Made by a program: the position numbers and the translations under genes. From an uncultured Chloroflexia bacterium (GTDB lineage: Bacteria > Chloroflexota > Dehalococcoidia > UBA2979), in the NCBI GenBank assembly GCA_963728205.1, contig CAVSIV010000006.1, forward strand, positions 320,001 to 384,000: a stretch of 64,000 nucleotides of DNA, read 5' to 3'. The notes beneath the pieces were generated by a model that was not told the origin of the DNA, did not search any database, and saw nothing but the letters and a program-made list of their open reading frames with translations. This document shows, one piece after another, positions 60,530 through 64,000 of the stretch (within the stretch, counting starts at the first letter, position 1; every line of letters starts with the position of its first letter).

Positions 60530-60898
60530 TCAGACGCGCTCGGCGACGCCGGCGCGCACCGCTTCGAGCAGCGCGTCCAGGTCGAATGGCTTGGCGACGA
60601 AGCTCGTCGCGCCGACGAGGCGCGCCGCCTCCTCGGGGTTCCGCTGGGCGGTCATCACGATCAGCGGAGTGCGCACGCCGCGGGCCTCGAGCGCCTGCGC
60701 GAACTCGCGCCCGTCCAGGACCGGCATGCGCATGTCGAGCAGGACCAGGTCCGGCGTGGGGTCGCCCGCGATCACCTCGAGCGCGTGCCTGCCGTCGGCC
60801 GCGACGGTGACCGTGTAGCCCTCGTCCTGCAGCAGGTCGCGCACGACCTCGCGGATGGTGACGTCGTCGTCGACGACGAGCACGTGGGTCACGGACAC
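60530..60898 (-). CDS. Single-domain response regulator
   Basis: VLVVDDD, LLDMRMP, MTA, KPFD. Confidence 0.9.
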   Translation of the reverse strand: MSVTHVLVVDDDVTIREVVRDLLQDEGYTVTVAADGRHALEVIAGDPTPDLVLLDMRMPVLDGREFAQALEARGVRTPLIVMTAQRNPEEAARLVGATSFVAKPFDLDALLEAVRAGVAERV

Positions 60899-61045
60899 CC
60901 CCTCGAGCGACCGCTCGGCAGCGCCCGACCGACGATACCGGCGGGGCCGCGTAGCGGGACTCGCAGACCTCACAGAATCGTGACAATCGGGCGCGCGCCC
61001 TGCGTGCCGGGAGCGGCGCGCGGGCGCTGTCCGGGCGGGGGCGGG

Positions 61046-61726
61046 CTAGCGCTGCCGCGCCGGAACCGGGTGCGCCTCGCGCCAGGCGAACCAGCGCGAC
61101 TTCGGCAGCGTGCCCGCTTCGAACTGCCGGTGCGTCTCCTCGAACACGCGGTCGATCTCGGCGAGGAACTCCTCGTACGTGCCGTTGTTGTGGAAGACGT
61201 GGTCGGCGGCGTCCGCGCGCTCGGTCCACTTGCGCTGCGAGTCGAGCCGCTGCTGCGCCTCGGCGTCCGTGAAGCTGTTGCGCTCCATCAGGCGTGGCTT
61301 GGCGACCGCGTCGTCGGCGGCGACGAGCCACGTGGCGTCGCACCACTGCGAGTAGTTCGCCTCGATCAGATTCACGGCCTCCAGCACGGCGACGTCGTGC
61401 GGGCCCAGCGTCGCACGCCAGCCCTCGATCGTCGTGCGCATCTCGTCTTCGATGTTGCCGATGGCCCGCGTCCAGCGGCCCATCGCCTCGGGGTTCCCGA
61501 AAACGATGGCGCCGACCTTCTTGCGGTCGATGTAGCCGTCGTCGCCGATGATCTCGGGCCCGAACTCCTTGACGGCGTTGTCGAAGCCCGGCTTCCCCGG
61601 GTCGAACATGCGGTGCACGATCTTGTCGGCGTCGCCGTGCGTGACGCCGTACTGCTCGACGAGGCGGCGGCACAGGCCGCTCTTGCCCGTCGCGATCGAG
61701 CCCGTGACACCCAGGATCATCGGCAT
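61046..61726 (-). CDS. coaE: Dephospho-CoA kinase
   Basis: GVTGSIATGKS, DADKIVH, IDRKKVGAIVF, RLMERN...RLDSQ. Confidence 0.9.
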   Translation of the reverse strand: MPMILGVTGSIATGKSGLCRRLVEQYGVTHGDADKIVHRMFDPGKPGFDNAVKEFGPEIIGDDGYIDRKKVGAIVFGNPEAMGRWTRAIGNIEDEMRTTIEGWRATLGPHDVAVLEAVNLIEANYSQWCDATWLVAADDAVAKPRLMERNSFTDAEAQQRLDSQRKWTERADAADHVFHNNGTYEEFLAEIDRVFEETHRQFEAGTLPKSRWFAWREAHPVPARQR

Positions 61727-61907
61727 GGCGCGCTCCCCCCCTTCGTGGCGACGTGGGGACTATGGCGGGAGCGCGCGGGCTCGGCAAGTGGGCGCCCGCC
61801 GTGGGCGCGTGCAGCGTCACGCGCAGCGGGATGCTGCCGACCGGCCGCACGGCGACGCGCGGCGCAATCGCGATCGGGCGCCACGCGTCGGGGAGCTCGA
61901 AGCGGAA

Positions 61908-61939
61908 GCGCCTCGCCTCGCCGCGGCGAGGCGAGGCGC
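61908..61939. repeat. Perfect 32-bp GC-rich palindrome in divergent promoter region
   Basis: GCGCCTCGCCTCGCCG|CGGCGAGGCGAGGCGC. Confidence 0.75.
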
Positions 61940-62095
61940 GGAGCGGAGCGCACCGGATCCGTCGATGGATGGAACGTCGCATCAGCCGAATCCATCCTTC
62001 GGCCGATGCGTCCGGCGGGGCATGCCGCGATGCTGACGTGGGAGATTGGGCGCGCCGGGATGCCGAGGTGGCCCCCGGTCGGTATGATGCCGCGC

Positions 62096-63129
62096 GTGGG
62101 CGGGCCCGTGCGTTACTTCCGCGCCGATGACGGCACCAACATCGCGTACACCGACGTGGGTGCGGGGCTGCCCTTCGTCGCGCTCCCGACGATGCCGTTC
62201 TCGCACCTGCAGCACATGCAGGACAGCCCGTCGCTGGCGCGGTGGTTCGACGCCATCGGTCGCGGCCGGCGCCTGATCCAGTACGACGCGCGCGCCACGG
62301 GGATGTCGGACCGCGGCCGCCCCGACTTTTCGATCGACCGGCAGGTGCGCGACCTCGAGCAGCTGCTCGACGCGGTGGACGTGGAGCGCGCCGCGCTCTT
62401 TGGTGCGCTGCACGCGAGCACGATCGCGATCGCCTTCGCCGCGCAGCGGCCAGAGCGCGTGTCCCACCTCGTGCTCTGGCACGCGTACGCGCGCGCCTCC
62501 GACATGTTCCAGAACACGATGGTCGTGACCATCTCGGAGCTGATCCACAAGAACTGGCACGTGTTCACGGACGCGGTGACGTTCTCGAACTTCGGGTGGA
62601 CGTCGGGCGAGAGCGCGCGGGAGTTCGCGACGATGGCGCGGGCGGCGATCGACGAGACGCAGGGACCGGTGGCGTTCGGGCAGCTCGATGTCGAACGACG
62701 TGCGCGCGCTCCTGCCGCTGGTGGAGGTGCCGTCGCTGGTGCTGACGCGCGAGGAGCCGCTCGCCCCGCCGGCGGAGGTGGCGCGCGGCCTGGCCGCAGA
62801 CCTGCCCGACGCGCGGCTCGTGGCGGTGCCGGGCAAGGCGATGGCGCCGTGGGTCGGCGACCCGGCGCCGGCGGCGGCCGCCCTCGACGAGTTCCTGCCG
62901 GAGAAGCTGCCGGGGACGGCCGCGGCGTACGTCGAGACGCTGAGCCCGCGCGAGCTCGAGGTGCTGCGGCTGATTCTCGTCGGGCCACAGCAACCAGCAG
63001 ATCGCGAACGAGCTGACGCTGAGCGTGGGGACGGTGAAGTCCCACGTGAGCAACATCTTCAGCAAGCTGCAGGTGTCGAACCGCACGCAGGCGGTCGCCC
63101 GCGCCCGCGACTCCGAGCTGATTCACTAG
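62096..63129 (+). CDS. Alpha/beta-hydrolase-fold sensor fused to LuxR HTH (frameshifts ~62690 and ~62980)
   Basis: DGTNIAY...YDARATGMSD; DVRALLPLVEVPSLV; LSPRELEVL...TVKSHVSNIFSKL; TATGAT 7 nt before GTG. Confidence 0.8.
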
Positions 63130-63203
63130 GCGCGGCGTGTCCGCGCGGCGTGTCCGGCGCGGCGAGCGGCGGCGCGGGGTATTCACTCGGCGGGCGATGA
63201 TCC

Positions 63204-64000
63204 TCAGCCCGCTGACGCGGTGCCGTTCGCCGGCATGCCGTCCGCCAGCCAGAGGTGCATCGCGGCGAGCGCGCGGTGGGGACGCCAGCGCTCGGCGCGG
63301 CGCTCGAGCGCGAGCGGGTCGAGCGCCGCGGGCGCGCCGGCGAGACGCGCGGCGGCGCGGCGCAGGCCGAGGTCGCTCGCGGGGAAGGCGTCGCGGCGGC
63401 CCGTCGCGCGCAGGGCGATCATGTGGGCCGACCACGGGCCGAGCCCCGGCAGCGCCTGGAGTGCCGCGAGCGAGACGTCCAGCGGTTCGGCGGCGTCGAG
63501 CCCGATCGTCCCGTCGGCGTAGGCGCGCGCGAACACGCGCAAGGAGCGTGCGCGGGCCGCGGGCAGGCCGATGGCACGCAGGCGCTGCTCGCTCGCCGCG
63601 GCGAGCGTCGTGGCGGCGGGGAACACGTGCGTCACGCCCAGCGCGCGCAGGCCCTCGACCGGCCGACCGAACGCGGCGACGAGCCGGCCGGTCAGCGTCG
63701 TCGCCCCACCGACCGTCACCTGCTGGCCGAGCAGCACGCGCACCGCGGTCTCGAACGGGTCCCACGCACCGGGCACGCGGAGGCCCGGGCGGCGACGCAC
63801 CGCCGCGCGCAAGAGCGGGTCGCGAGCCAGGCCGGTGCCGGCGGCGGTCGGCGCGTCGAGCCCGAAGAGCCGGCGCACGCGCGTGACGTCGTCGATCAGC
63901 GTCGTGAGCGCCGGCAGGTGCGCCACGACCTCGAGGTGCTGCGCGTCGGCGCGCCGCACCTCGATCACGCCGGGGTCGCCGTGCGTGGACGTCGTGCGCC
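63204..64000 (-). CDS. alkA: AlkA-family DNA-3-methyladenine glycosylase, 5'-partial
   Basis: PGLRVPGAWDPFE.AVR..LGQQV; LPGLGPWSA; DAFPASDLG; WRP.R..A..HLW. Confidence 0.9.
   Translation of the reverse strand, partial: RTTSTHGDPGVIEVRRADAQHLEVVAHLPALTTLIDDVTRVRRLFGLDAPTAAGTGLARDPLLRAAVRRRPGLRVPGAWDPFETAVRVLLGQQVTVGGATTLTGRLVAAFGRPVEGLRALGVTHVFPAATTLAAASEQRLRAIGLPAARARSLRVFARAYADGTIGLDAAEPLDVSLAALQALPGLGPWSAHMIALRATGRRDAFPASDLGLRRAAARLAGAPAALDPLALERRAERWRPHRALAAMHLWLADGMPANGTASAG

Noticed and set aside
4280-63000. Programmed frameshifting or phase variation from more than 12 frameshifts
   Set aside because: Single-base indels without a common slippery motif, also in istB and core-like genes; most likely long-read errors, though read polishing is needed to confirm

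Overview
High-GC bacterial window, probably Chloroflexota/Dehalococcoidia-like. The taxon is an inference from protein families and leaderless TANNNT starts. About 1-56 kb is an accessory region ending at a tRNA-Lys(TTT). It is dense with secreted proteins and lipoproteins: TolB/WD40-like propellers, BNR/YCF48 repeats, a Cys-rich repeated module and Rieske-fold proteins lacking Fe-S ligands. It also carries two LuxR-HTH/TM/ectodomain receptor-like genes (one split by a complete IS21), three further LuxR regulators, a recurring 20-bp operator-like motif and two lower-GC cassettes built around divergent M23-like peptidases. A VanW-CapA-class A serine hydrolase operon, two TA pairs, several IS remnants and three internal segmental duplications are also present. 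After the tRNA come core-like genes (cupin, TadG-like, PAS/GAF kinase plus response regulator, coaE, hydrolase-LuxR, alkA). Many single-base frameshifts suggest long-read indel errors. No CRISPR, reverse transcriptase or intact integrase was seen.
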